Source of the DNA: Octopus vulgaris
Lineage: Eukaryota
Assembly (NCBI GenBank): GCA_951406725.2
Contig: OX597824.1
Span: 3,658,001 to 3,722,000 of the forward strand
DNA length: 64,000 nucleotides
Direction of reading: 5' to 3'
Shown here: positions 1 through 40,400 of the stretch, piece by piece
How positions within the stretch are numbered: position 1 is the first letter of the stretch
How the letters are laid out: each line of letters starts with the position of its first letter
Made by a program: the position numbers and the translations under genes
The notes under the pieces: model-generated
What the model was told of the DNA's origin: nothing
What the model saw: the letters and a program-made list of their open reading frames with translations, nothing else
The model's database searches: none

Positions 1-27
1 AATTCTATTTCTCTTTGAATTTTGCAG

Positions 28-25170
<25,143 letters not shown>

Positions 25171-25605
25171 CCATTTTAATCGATATTTTTTAGAGATTAG
25201 TAATTTAAAAAAACAAAACATAAAATAATTTCATAATCGAACCTTCAAGTTTTATTAAAACATCGTTATGTTTTAATATTTAATATTCATCAAGGTCATT
25301 TGCAATTTTAGTGGGTTTTATTCTGCAGCTCATCAAGTACAGGGTATGTTACCCACAACCCTGAAACAAAAATTTGCACCAACTGTAACATAACATTGAT
25401 ATAAACTTTTATCTGTGTGTGTGTGTGTGTGTGTAGTATTGAATGGTGAGAATGAGTGCCCAACATCACCTTGGTGAATAGATATTCTTTATTTGCAGAA
25501 TAACAACATGTAGATGAGTACCAACATTCCCAAATGGATTACTTGAAAACTGTGGAGTCTTATCCAAATGGAAGCATTAGTCGCCTTGTTAATCCATAAA
25601 TGAAG

Positions 25606-25637
<32 letters not shown>

Positions 25638-27261
25638 CACACACACACACACACAATTGAGTGGACAAACAAAAGGAAGTGACAGCACATGTAGTAGGAT
25701 TTACCAATGTTATTAAAAACAATTTGATTCAACCCCATGTGACTTGAAGTTTTGTAGGCTGGTTAGAGAAACCTAGCTTGTTGGGTTGAGGCAGCTGGAT
25801 GGAAGGATGTAGGGAATCCAACATGGCTGCTGGGACCCCTAAGCTGCTATTGATTCAGGTAAGCCACTCGGTGTCGTTGGAATTGCAGTGATATCAAATC
25901 CATCTGAATGTCTTGTCTTTGAATTCCATCCAGACTGTTAGACACCTCTAATTTCCTGTCCAGCCAGGTGATCCAAGGAATTCAGGTGGATTTAATCTTG
26001 CTGTAATTCCAACAATACCATGTGACCCACCTTGACTAATCGCAGCCCAGGTTCCTCTACCAAGCGCCTATGAAACTTTAAGTTTCATGGGGCCAAATCA
26101 AATTGCTTTTAAATTCTATAAGTGCTTGCTTGTATATATTTATGTATGTGTGTATGTGTTAAACTTTTATAAAGGAAAGGTTGACTAACTTTGAAGTTCC
26201 ACCTTGCTTGCATTCAACAGTCTGACAAAAGCAAACGAGTCAAAACTTCAAATTCATGGCCAACATTTTCCTTGTAAAAATTTAAGGAAAATGTAATCTA
26301 CTAAAATGTATTCAGTAATCCTTTAGTTTAGCATTAAACTGTTTTTATATATAGGAGAGATTTTACGAAAAGAAACAAAAGACAAAGACAGGTAGTGTAC
26401 AAAACAAACAGATGTATTAGTATAACGATCAGGAATAGGAAAAGTCTTTTATGTTTCGAGCCTACGCTCTTCTACAGAAAGGGACACAGAAAAAAACAAG
26501 GAGAGAAACTTGACACAAAAACAAACGTTAATATATATGCATACATGCAGGTGTGTGTATACATGTATGTATGTAGAAACCATTTTAAATTTATTTAAAA
26601 ATTGTTTCATTCTTACTCCAAACACTCATGGAATTTTAAGTAACTTGGACCTGAGACAAACTAATTAAATACATGCCAATCAGTTGTGTTGAATGCTACT
26701 TCCTCTCATTTGTTCACTCATTCATACATACAGACATATATATAATATATAAACCCTTACTGTTTACATATATACATGCATACATATTTGTCTGTGTGTG
26801 TGTGAACAATGGTCATGGTGAGATATGTGTGTATATATTTATCATCATTATTACAATAATGTTGTACTTTTTCATATTTGCATGGGTGGGAAAGGATTTG
26901 TTGAGATGGATTTTCTACAACCGGATGCCTCTTCTGTCACCAACCCTCACTCGTTTCCAAGCAATGTAATATTTCCCACTGACAGGACATGTTTTCATAG
27001 AAGCATTGAAAATGAGGACACCATTTGCATAAAGGCGATGCTTGTTCACAAACATCATGACGTGGAGACAATAAGCCAGTAATTGCATCCACACGGCTGC
27101 TGGTGTGCTTTCAGATTTCTATCTAACAAATCCACTCGCAACACTTTGGTCAGCCTGAGGCTGTAGTAGAAGACATTTGTCCAAGGTGCCATGCAGTGGA
27201 ACTGAACCCAAAACCATATGATTAAGAAGCAAACTCCCTGCCACACATATATATGTGTGTA

Positions 27262-27303
<42 letters not shown>

Positions 27304-27407
27304 TACACATATATGTATGTATATGTATATATATATATATGTATGTATGTATATGTATATATATATATGTATGTATGTATATATATATATATGTATGTAT
27401 ATATATG

Positions 27408-27446
<39 letters not shown>

Positions 27447-27597
27447 GTATATATGTATGTATATATATGTATATATGTATGTATATATATGTATATATGT
27501 ATGTATATATATGTATATATATATGTATATATAAAGGTATATATGTATATATATATATATATATTTAAAAAAGGAGATGTCGAACACGAGTTGTAAT

Positions 27598-27900
27598 ATA
27601 TAAAAAAGGAAATGAAGAAAATGCTGACAAAATAATTGGAGTAATTTAAGTAATTTAATTAGGTGAAAGTTCTTTTTACCGGTTGCGCATTTGTTATGCT
27701 TATCAAAATATAAAAGTGAGATTAGAGTTCCTTCCTGATAGATAAGAGGAAAAAATCTATCAGGAAGGAACTCTAATCTCTCTTTTATATTTTGATAAGC
27801 ATAACAAATGCGCAACCGGTAAAAAGAACTTTCACCTAATTAAATTACTTAAATTACTCCAATTATTTTGTCAGCATTTTCTTCATTTCCTTTTTTATAT
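27598..27900. repeat. Long palindrome, 146-bp arms, 11-nt loop, 1 mismatch
   Basis: Arms 27598-27743 and 27755-27900. Confidence 0.95.
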
Positions 27901-28875
27901 TTATATATGTATATATATATGTACATATATATATGTATATATATATGTATATCATCATCATCATCATCATCATCGTTTAGCGTCCGTTTTCCATGCTAGC
28001 ATGGGTTATATATGTATACATATATGTATATATATATGTATATATATATATATGTATACATATATGTATGTATATATATATATATATGTATACATATATG
28101 TATGTATATATGTATATGTATACATATATGTATGTATATATATGGCGTTAGGAATGGCATCCAGCTGTAGAAACACTGCCAGATCAGACTGGTGCAGCCT
28201 CCTGGCTTTCCAGACCCCAGTTGAACCGTCCAACCCGTGCTAGCACAGAAAACGGATGTTAAACAATGATGATGATGATGATGTATATGTATGTATATAT
28301 GTATGCATATACCTATGATGAGTATAGATATGTGTGTGTATGTATAGATATATACATATACACACGTGTGTAGGTATATATGCATATGCATGGTAGTGCC
28401 TGTCTGAATTCAAACTTTTGACCATGTATTTCTTATAAAAAAATACTTTCTACATAAATCATATTTTCTCAAAAACACCTTGACTTTTCTATGATTATTC
28501 TAAGAAATCCATTCAAATAAGTTTCAAATATCATTTTTTGTAAAATATATTTTAAATAAAAACAATTTTTATCAACTTCTGAATTTTGTTATTTTGTTAA
28601 TTTTTATTGGGCACTTTTTTGTATTACACTTCGATTCTGATAAATGGTATTTGTCGGCATGCAAATTATCTTTATCACAGTGATAATTGTATTTATCAAA
28701 CACAGGATGATGTTTATAATTTGTCTTTGCTTTAACATTCATTTATTTGTGCATTTCACATTGCTAGCATGGGTTCGACAGAGTCTTATTATTTACTTAT
28801 CATTAGAGGAAGAGACAGCAAGGAGGCACCAGCAATATCACATTATGTATGCATACATATATATATATATATATA

Positions 28876-29437
28876 TATCTATACAATATGTTACATTACT
28901 CGGTAGTCAAGATAAAACTCTGAGTTTCAGATGCCGAAGTGAAATCCACAACACCATCTCTTCGGTTATCTGGCTATTTGAAAACGTTATGAAAAAATAC
29001 CGTTAAATAAAGGGAAATTACTCTGTTATAACTCTGCTTGCCTGCGTACTTATACATCGCTCGCATTTTTCGTCATAAAAATTATATAAAAATACATAAA
29101 AAATATATAAAAAATATATAAAAATATATAAATTCTTCTTGGGACATAACATAGATTTCTATGTTATGTCCCAAGAAGAATTTATATAGTTTTATATATT
29201 TTTTATATATTTTTTATGTATTTTTATATAATTTTTATGACGAAAAATGCGAGCGATGTATAAGTACGCAGGCAAGCAGAGTTATAACAGAGTAATTTCC
29301 TTTATTTAACGGTATTTTTTCATAACGTTTTCAAATAGCCAGATAACCAAAGAGATGGTGTTGTGGATTTCCACTTCGGCATCTGAAACTCAGAGTTTTA
29401 TCTTGACTACCGAGTAATGTAACATATTGTATAGATA
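28876..29437. repeat. Long palindrome, about 280-bp arms, 2-nt loop
   Basis: Centre ataga-tt-tctat at 29151-29162; about 4 differences between the arms. Confidence 0.95.
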
Positions 29438-29501
29438 AATTTCCTCTATTTACATAATATTGAGGTCTCTTTCTTTCTTTTGTTATCTTACCGTTTTATC
29501 A

Positions 29502-29542
<41 letters not shown>

Positions 29543-30079
29543 GATATATATATACATACATATACATGCATATATATACATACACATGTAGATATATATA
29601 TATACCCTTTTACTCTTTTACTTGTTTCAGTCATTTGACTGCGGCCATGCTGGAGCACCGCCTTTAATCGAGCAACTCGATCCCAGGACTTATTATTTTG
29701 TAAGCCCAGTACTTATTCTATCGGTCTCTTTTGCCGAACCGCTAAGTAACAGGGACATAAACACACCAGCAACGGTTGTCAAGCAATGCTAGGGGGACAA
29801 ACACACACACGCATATATATATATACATATATACGACGGGCTTCTTTCAGTTTCCGTCTACCAAATCCACTCACAAGGCTTTGGTCGGCCCGAGGCTATA
29901 GTAGAAGATACTTGCCCAAGGTGCCATGCAGTGGGACTGAACCCGGAACCATGTGGTTGGTAAACAAGCTACCTACCACACAGCCACTCCTGCGCTAAGT
30001 TATGGGGATGTAAACACACCAGCATTGGTTGTCAAGCGATGTTGAGCGGACGAACACAGACACATACACACAAATATAC

Positions 30080-30410
30080 TGGCTCAGTGGTTAGAGCATC
30101 GAGCTTACAATCGTGAGGTTGTGAGTTCGAATCCCGGACCGGGGTGCGTGTTGTGTTCTTGAGCAAGACACTTTATTTCACGTTGCTCCAGTTCACTCAG
30201 CTGTAGAAATGAGTTGCGACGTCACTGGTGCCAAGCTGTATTGGCCCTTGCCTTTCCCTTGGACAACATTGGTGACGTGGAGAGGGGCGGCCGGTATGCA
30301 TGGGCGACTGCTGGTCTTCCATAAAACAACCTTGCCCAGACTTGTGCCTCAGAGGGTAACTCTCTAGGTGCAAACCCATGGTCAGTGTCTGACCGAAGGG
30401 GGTCACCACC
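30080..30410 (+). mobile_element. tRNA-derived SINE (related copy on - at about 53540-53875)
   Basis: tggctcagtggttagagc / gagttcgaatcc boxes followed by a non-tRNA body. Confidence 0.85.
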
Positions 30411-30439
30411 ACCATACACATACATATATACGACGGGCT

Positions 30440-31760
<1,321 letters not shown>

Positions 31761-31761
31761 T

Positions 31762-32520
31762 TCAGAGACCTGGGAGTAACAGTGGACAACAACATAAGCT
31801 GGGCTACACATATAAGCAGCAAAGTTGACATGGCCCGCAGAATGTGTTCCTGGATTCTCAGAACCTTCCAGTCGAGAGATTCCCACGCTATTATCCTTCT
31901 CTTCTCCACTTTTGCCCGACTCCACCTTGAATACTGCTGTCCACTGTGGTCTCCCTACACAAAACAAAATATTATGAGAATTGAAGCTCCCCAAAGGTCA
32001 ATCACAAAAAAGATAGATGGCATGTCAGACCTTGACTACTGGGGTAGACTAGAGAAGCTGAAATTGTATTCACTCCAACGACGCCGTGAACGCTACATTA
32101 TCTGTATGATGTGGAAAATATTCCACCGGCACTGTCCGAATGATGTTGGCATCACCTTCAAAATGCATCCAAGGCTTGGACCACGTGCCATCCGTCCACA
32201 ACAAAAATCTAAATCGCATCACATAACGACAATACGGCACAACTATTTCACCTCAATTGGACCTGCTCTCTTCAACATTACACCAGGACACGTCAAAAAA
32301 GAAACTGACCGCACAAAATTCAAGAAGTCTTTGGACAAATTCCTTCAAACAGTACCGGACAAACCACCCACACCCGGATATGTCTCCGCAAACAATAACT
32401 CTCTGCTCGAATGGGCCTTGGTGCCCAAATCCTGAACTGAAAGACTTCGCCAGGTGGTGCTATTAAGTTAGACATGGCCTGGGCCAATACTGGCCAAAAC
32501 CTTTCTAAGTTATTCTAAGT
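31762..32520 (+). mobile_element. 5'-truncated CR1/L2-group LINE inserted in (TA)n; uninterrupted ORF C-terminus
   Basis: [30 protein letters not shown]; tail ttctaagtt repeated. Confidence 0.92.
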
Positions 32521-33918
32521 TATATGTATAAATATGTGTGTATATATATATATGTATATATATGTATTTATATTTGTATGTATATATATATATGTATATA
32601 CATATATGTATATATATTTGTTGTATATATATATGTGTGTGTGTCTGTATATATTCGTATATGTATATATATATACATATACGTATATACTTATGTATAT
32701 AAATATGTGTATAAATGTGTGTGTGTATGTATATAATATATATTTACATACATGTATGCATATATATATACACATGCATATGTATTACATGTGCATAGAT
32801 ATATATACACATACATACATACATGTAAGGCTTTACTTCCACACATGCCAGCTTAATTTTATTCATCCTTCGTTGAAAGACACCTGTTGTTATGTCCTGT
32901 TATTTGTATTTGTAATTGTGTACCATTTCTCCATTTTTACTGTCCTTGTTTTGATATACATTCGCTTGCTTTCTTCCAAAGAATCTAGTGCTCTTAACTT
33001 AGATTTCCTTGGGCCTGACCAGATTAACTGGCCAAAACTGCAAAGACGATCTGCTTCTCAACTAAAGCTCCGAATGTCGCGTCCTTGTTTTTTCCTGTCC
33101 TTTTTTTGTATCACCCAACGTCCGGATGTTTTGTTGTCACCTGTTACGTTCTTGTACCATTTTAGGTTTTGATTTTTTAAAACAGTATATGCATATGTAT
33201 ATATATATATATATAAATATATATACTCTGTGATGATATCCCATGAGGGATGTCATCGCAGAGTATATATACGTAGCAAGTTTAGATGGGCTGGACACGT
33301 CACCCAGCTCACCAATAATCGGTGGACCTGCGCAGTTGTTGAGTGGTACTCATGCGAGTGGAAACAACCACTCAGAAGGCCCCCATGACGGTGGAGTTAC
33401 GATTTCAAAGGATGATTGGGATCACGTGGATGAGAAAGGCGCGATTCAGAGAGGAGTGGACAGCGTGCTGTGACCAGCGGTGTCAAATGGATGCCCAACG
33501 GACTCGTCGGTCAAGGTGATATATATATATATATATATACATACACATACACATACACATGCAAATAAATCATCCTCACCATTTAACACACACTTTCCAT
33601 GATGGCATGGATTTGATGGTTTGACTGGAACTGGTAAGCCAGAGAGCTACACCATGGTTCCAGTTTGATTTGGAATGGTTTCTACAGCTGGACGCCCTTT
33701 GTAACACCAACCACTCCAAGAGTCTAATGGGTGCCATGAGACTGGCAACAACCACGGCTTCAATTCCATTTGACTTGATGAGTCATCTCTAGCACAGCAC
33801 ATTGCCAATAGTCTTGCCCACTTATCATCGCCTTTGTGAGGCCCAACATTCAAAAGACCTTAAATATATATAAATATCAAAATTAACTTTCAAATATATT
33901 TTCTTTTCTACGAAATGT

Positions 33919-33924
33919 TTTATT
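33919..33924 (-). promoter_or_regulatory. Candidate polyadenylation signal of BBOF1
   Basis: AATAAA on the minus strand about 360 nt after the stop. Confidence 0.4.
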
Positions 33925-34279
33925 TTTTGCAATGCTAGAATAAGAACTTCAAACCACTGAAACTTTCAACAATCAAAAAGAGAAATCTGTTTTAATGAAA
34001 ACTCAATAAATGATTTTTAGGCCTTTACATGTTTATCTCACTTAATCACAATATTCAAGTCTATTTTTGCACTTTCTCAGATTGGTTTGGCTTCATCAGC
34101 CCGGCAGTTATACATACCTAAAAACCCAAAGATTGCTCTTATTGGCAATCTTAATGAAAAGTGACAGATGTTGCCTTGGTCACTACAATTCCACTTCCTC
34201 ATATGTATACACAAACACAGCTAAAACTAGCAATGAATTACCACACGAAAATACATTCTGAGACACTTTCCTTCGTTTT

Positions 34280-34367
34280 TCAAGCCATTTGAATTGTTGT
34301 AATCAACCTGCTCTCCAGGCAACGATGAAATGGTGCTTGTGTCAGAAATGTTGGAGCAAAACCTTTT
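34280..34367 (-). CDS. BBOF1: BBOF1 probable terminal exon (KGFAPTFLTQ...QMA*)
   Basis: tttacag| acceptor, phase fits, FLTQ motif, TGA. Confidence 0.75.
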
Positions 34368-37300
34368 CTGTAAAAGACAAAAAAAAGTCGACATTTTATT
34401 TTCAAAACATTCAGTTTGATTACTTATCATCCTCATCTTCATCAGCATTGATTTAATGTCCCCTCTTCAATGCTTGCATGGGTCGGATAAAGTTTCTTTA
34501 GTCAGATATTTTCTATGGCAGTATGGCCTTCCTGTCACCAGCCCTCGACAGTTACCAACCAAGGAAAGATTTCTCCCTAGCCAGACATATTTCCACAGAA
34601 TATTGGAATGATACACATTCATTAACAACTTACCACACGGGTTGCCCCTGGGGCAGAATCATGGCAGCCCACCTTAAGGACAAATTGAGACCAGTCATTA
34701 ACAACAGGAAGGAACTACATAAAGCAGACAGGTTGCTATAGCAATACCAGACTGACAACCAATGTTGGTGTGTTTACATCCTCCATAACTTAGCGGTTCA
34801 GCAAAAAGAGCCCAATAGAATAAGTACTGGGCTTCCAAAGAATAAGTCCTGGGGTCGATCTGTTCGACTAAAGACAGTGCTCCAGCATGACCGCAGTCAA
34901 TTGAATGAAACAAGTGAAAGAATAAAAGAAGCAACACCAAAGGAAGGTTAACTGGGAAGATAGCCTGGGCAAAGTTCAGACAGTTCCTACCTCTACTGGT
35001 GACAAAGGGCCTCTTGCTCGGAGTGAAAGGAAGATTGTATGATGCATGTGTGTGTGTGAACTGCCATGCTTCACGGCAGTGAAACATGAGCCATGACTAC
35101 TGAAGACATGCACAACCTTGCAAGGAATGAATCTAGTATGATCCCCTGGATGTGTAATGTCAGTGTAAGCACCCTGAGAGAAATGGTAGATATAAGAAGC
35201 ATCGGAGGTGGTGTGCAAGAGAGACGTTTGTGTTGGTATGGTCATGTACTGTGAATGAACGAGGAGAGCTGTGTGAAGAAGTGCCACTCCCAAACAGTGG
35301 AAGGAATCCAGGGTAGAAGGAGACCCAGGAAGACATGGGGTGAGGTGGTGAAGCATGACCTTTGAACGTTGGGCCTCACAGAGGCAATGACGAAAGACCA
35401 AGAACTATGGAGATATGCTGTGAATGAGAAGACCCAGCAAGAAAAGTGAGATCATAGCCGTAGCCTGAACCAGTGTTGCATAACCAGACCATTTAAGAAG
35501 TACATTTGAATCGTTGAGCAACATTCCATGCTTGAGGAGACCTACTGAGTCAAGCAGATCAAAATCAAATGGAAATTGTAGTTGTGGCCATTACCAGTGG
35601 TGGTGACATGCAACAACCACTATTCGTTCATGTGTGGGTCGCTGCCAGAGCCGCCTGACTGGCTCCCTGTGCCGGTGACACGTAAAAAGCACCATCCATA
35701 CATGGTCACCAGTGCTGCCTCACTGGCGCCCATGCTGGTGGTATGTAAAAAGCACCCACTACACTCTCAGAGTGGTTGGCATTAGGAAGGGCATCCAGCT
35801 GTAGAAACACTGCCAGATCAGACTGGAGCCTGGTGCGGCCTCTTGGCTTGCCAGTCTCCAGTCAAACCGTCCAACCCATGCCAGCATAGAAAACGGATGT
35901 AAAACGATCATGATCATGATTATCAAGATCATCATCACTGTTTAATGTCCATCTTCCATGCTAGCATGGGTGGGATGGTTTCACAAGAGTTGGCCAGGCC
36001 AAAGCCTGCACCAGACTTCTGCGATTGTTTTAGCAGGATTTTTACAGCTGGATGCCCTTCCTAACACCAACCACTCGACAAAGTGGACTTAGTGCTTTTT
36101 ATGTGGCACAAGCACAGGCAAGGTCAGTTTTGGCAAGGTTTTTACAGCTGGATGCCCTTCCTTACATCAACCATTCAGCAGAGTGGACTGTGTACTTTTA
36201 AGTGGCATACGCATCACAACTCCAAACCAACATAGTCTTCTCTCTTGCATGCTACATTTGATTCCTCTTGTGCCCAAATTTCCTCTCGATACATGTACAC
36301 TTTACCATATGTGTGCACTGATGTTGCACATCCAATGGAGCATACTGCCTTCATTTCACTGGATACAGTGAATAGAATTTCTTCCAACTCCTTTCCTACA
36401 TATTGAGCAGGGCCATTTACCAGACAGAAGGGGAGTTTTATCCTCTTTCTTACTAACAACAACTTTGGTCTTAACTAGGTTAATATATATATATATATAT
36501 CTAATTTAGAGATGAACCACCATTTCACAACTCAGTCAATGAAGGACCCGTCCAAAACCATGCTGTGAGACATATACCATAGAAAATCGAATATCAAACA
36601 AAGAAAACATTCATCATAAAAATATTAATCTAAAATCATATAAAGTATAAATTGAACAATAAAAATTAATACAATAAAATAATGTATAAAAGTAAGTACT
36701 AGTACATTGATTACGTGCGTTTCATGGCTGACTTAGGACTATATAAAAACATATAAGATACCTTATCCAAGTTCATTAGAATGGAAAAATGATTTTACTC
36801 CCCAAATCAGTCACTCCTAAGGTCAAATTCCTAAAATATTAGTTATATACATATATTATATATCATATATTACGAATTTCAGTATAATATTATTATGCTG
36901 AATTTTGCCTGTAAGGTTGGAATGATAATTTATTCCCTAATGTTATCATTATTATATATATATATTCAGAAAAATTTAGATTCAAATGAATATGGTACTT
37001 AAGTTAAAGGCACCAGAATTTGGTATGGTATTATCCATATAAATCAAATGGGGTGATTATAATCAAAATAAGCAACAAGGATATCCAAAGGTAGTGCAGT
37101 ACAATCGTTTCATGCGACTTCATTTAATTAAACAATGCAAGTATTACATCAGTTTTAAAATGTAGACCACTCTTCAGCCACATATGGAATTTTTTAATTA
37201 AATTGGCAAATGGAATAAGTATAAAAATGAATATTGTCAATTTAATTAAAAAATTCCATATGTGGCTGAAGATTGCTCTACATTTTAAAACTGATGTAAT

Positions 37301-37379
37301 ACTTACAGTGTTTAATAAAATGAAGTAGCATGAAACGATTGTACTACACTACCTTTGGATACCCTTGTTGCTTATTTTG

Positions 37380-37445
<66 letters not shown>

Positions 37446-40400
37446 GTCATTCCATAAATGATGCAGTTTTTTCAATTGCATAAACTAAAAGTCAGAGGGG
37501 GATGAGATAAACTACTTGCATCAACTTGCTATAAAAGCAGGTAGTAATTTTATTTTGTACTTACTCTTAGTGCAAGTTTTGAAGAGTGCAGTTCGATTTT
37601 AGCAGTTATTTTTAGAAAGCTACAATGGAATTGACAAAGGAGCATATTTTGCTTTTTCAGTTCAATAAAGGCAACAATGCAATGGAAAGTGTAAGGAATA
37701 TCAATGCAGCATATGGGATCGGACATTAAGCATAAGCCAATGTCAACGGCGGATCCAAAATTCCTGAGCCAGAAAGTACAGCCTAGAAAATGAGCCTCGT
37801 CCTGAAAGATCTGTAGAGCTCGATGAGGACATCCTGCAAACCCTGGTGGAACAAAATCCCATTGTAACTATTGAGGAACTAGCATTCAACCATTCAATCA
37901 TTCAACCATTCAAAGGAACTTGCATGCCATCGGAAAAGTCAGCAAATTGGATCAATGGGTTCCTCACAAACTTTCCGGCTCTAATTGCATGCAAAGAGTG
38001 TGGGAGATGATTAGAGATAGAGTTGGATACAATGAATATCTGCTTGGAAGATGAGAAATCTAATTTACCTAGGATTTTCAATTGGTAAAAGCTTCTTTGG
38101 TTCCACTTTTGGAAGCAAGTTATTTGCATTTTGTGATTCTTTGTCGTTTTTATTCATTCTGGAAAATAAATAACAAAGAACGCTCTCTTTTTGTTCCCAC
38201 GTGAGGTCTTTTACATCTATTTGTACATCTGTAATGTTCCTGAAAGAAAAAAAGAAAGGATTTAACTAGACAGACAAATATTTCAACAAAAGGTCAACCT
38301 ACCAAAGACTAATGCCATGGGAAACAACAACAATAAGACTATAGAGAGGAACAAACAGAGCAAACATGGAGAGATACAAGCAGGTCAAAGTTAGGGGCCA
38401 GAATAGCCATAGTAGGAGCAGTAGGAAGGGGAGATAAGATTAACAGTAACAACAACTGCAACAAGAACAATGGCAACAATCATCATCATCATCATCATCA
38501 ATGTGGCTGTGAACCACTACAGCGACAAGAGTGGAATCCACCATGTAAACATGCAAACCAATACAAGCATTACAACACATAGAAACACCAGCAGCAATGA
38601 CACCAATGACAGACACAAACAAGGAAATGGTAACCAGAGAAATGGCAGGATATGGTAGTAGTCCAACGGATATAAATGACACCAACGCTTTCCAGGCCCT
38701 ATTCTTCAATCCATGGAATAAATCACACGATATGAGCCATATTTATCCGACAAGCCTACCCTTAAACAAAAGGGTTTGCATCCCTCAACAGATAAACGAC
38801 AAAATAGAAGCATGTTTCACCATTCCCAGATTTTAGAACAATACCCTGGAAGACGGAATGGTAAAGAGGCCCAGAAGTCTGCAGACGGCCTGCACCAGCT
38901 CATACATCACACAAGAAATAGGGGAATCCTATGCTTGCCCATGGACAAGTCCAGCAGAATGTCTGTAGACAGCCTGCCAAAGTACATCCAGGTGATGCAA
39001 CCCCACATCACCAATATGAAGGGAAACAACAATACAGGAGTATGAGGAGGAAGAGAAGATCCTCAATGCTCATATGATGATGTGGTCAAACATCCTAGGG
39101 ACAAAGAAGCGCATGGCCAACAACAACAATATCCATTTCTTTACTGCCCACAAGGGGCTCGACCCCAGTGCGTAACTGGTACTTATTTAATTGACCTCGA
39201 AAGGATGAAAGGCAAAGTCAACCTCAGCTCAATTTGAACTCAGAACGTTGCAGCAGACGAAATACTGCCAAGCATTTCGTCCGGCGTGCTAACGATTCTG
39301 CCAGCTCGCCGGCACTGTATGGACTGCACAAGAACCATAAGATGTCCAGCGACCTAGTGACAGGACCACTGATGACCCCGGTCTGCGGAACCAATGTTAC
39401 CAACTACCGGATCTCTTACTTCCTCTCTATGATCATACGCCCTCTGATAAAAAATGTCCCCAGATGTGTGTGACAGCAAAGAGGACCTCCTCTACGGGAT
39501 CAATGAGTGCAACCATGCCCATGACCTGACAGGATGCATAATAGGCAGTATGTACGTAGTGTCCCTATACCCATCCACTGATGTTGCTGTGGGGAAATGT
39601 GTAGAGGTGATCAGTGGGAGTGATGTGGAGTTCTGTGGTGTTGACACTGAAGAACTTGGCCCCCTCCTGAGATGACATGCAACATGATCTTAGTCGTTTC
39701 TGCCCCACTAGATCGATTAGAGGTGGACCTCTCGCTATAACTTCTATGGTCAAGAAGACTCCTAAGGAAAAATGAAATGGATGGACCAGAGCTATATAGA
39801 CCCCTGAAAATAATGATCAGGTTAAAAAGATGGTCGCACATGTGGTGGGTGCAAGTACCAAGAGCACACTCAAAGGCCACATATTTAAGTTTAATAACAA
39901 GATATACACCCAAGAGGAAGGTGCAGCCATCGATGTCAGTATTACTGGTGATGTAGCTAACCTATCTATGGTGTGGTGGGATAGGAGACTTAAAGAGAAA
40001 TTAGCAGAAAACTCCATAAACCTAACCATGGACTCCCACTATGTGGAAGATATCAACATGGTAGCTGGAGCACCTCTACAAGACAATATTGATAATCTAG
40101 AAGCTAACACTATGGAAAGCATCCAGCAAGTAGATAGCTCCATCCACCAGAGTATAGAAATAATGATAGACCACCCTAGTAAGGGCCCTAACTATAGATT
40201 ACCTGTTTTAGACACTGAACTCAGGTGAGAAATGAAGAATGGTAAGGTCCAGATCTTTCACTCTCATTATGCCGTACCCATGGCCTCTAACTACCTTGTT
40301 CACAAAAAACGCAGCAATTGCGGACAATGCCAAGTTCAGCATTCTTATAACTGACATGCTGAAAGTGACGAGGAATGTGTCTCACATGTGCGACCCTATG

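Larger units (their letters stand above)
36964..37385. mobile_element. (TA)n-flanked fold-back element (arms 37058-37209 and 37234-37385) with a hammerhead motif on each strand
   Basis: Inverted arms read directly; single-arm copy at 52850-53080. Confidence 0.85.

Noticed and set aside
30080-30150. tRNA gene
   Set aside because: A/B boxes are present, but there is no complete cloverleaf and it continues into a multi-copy SINE body.
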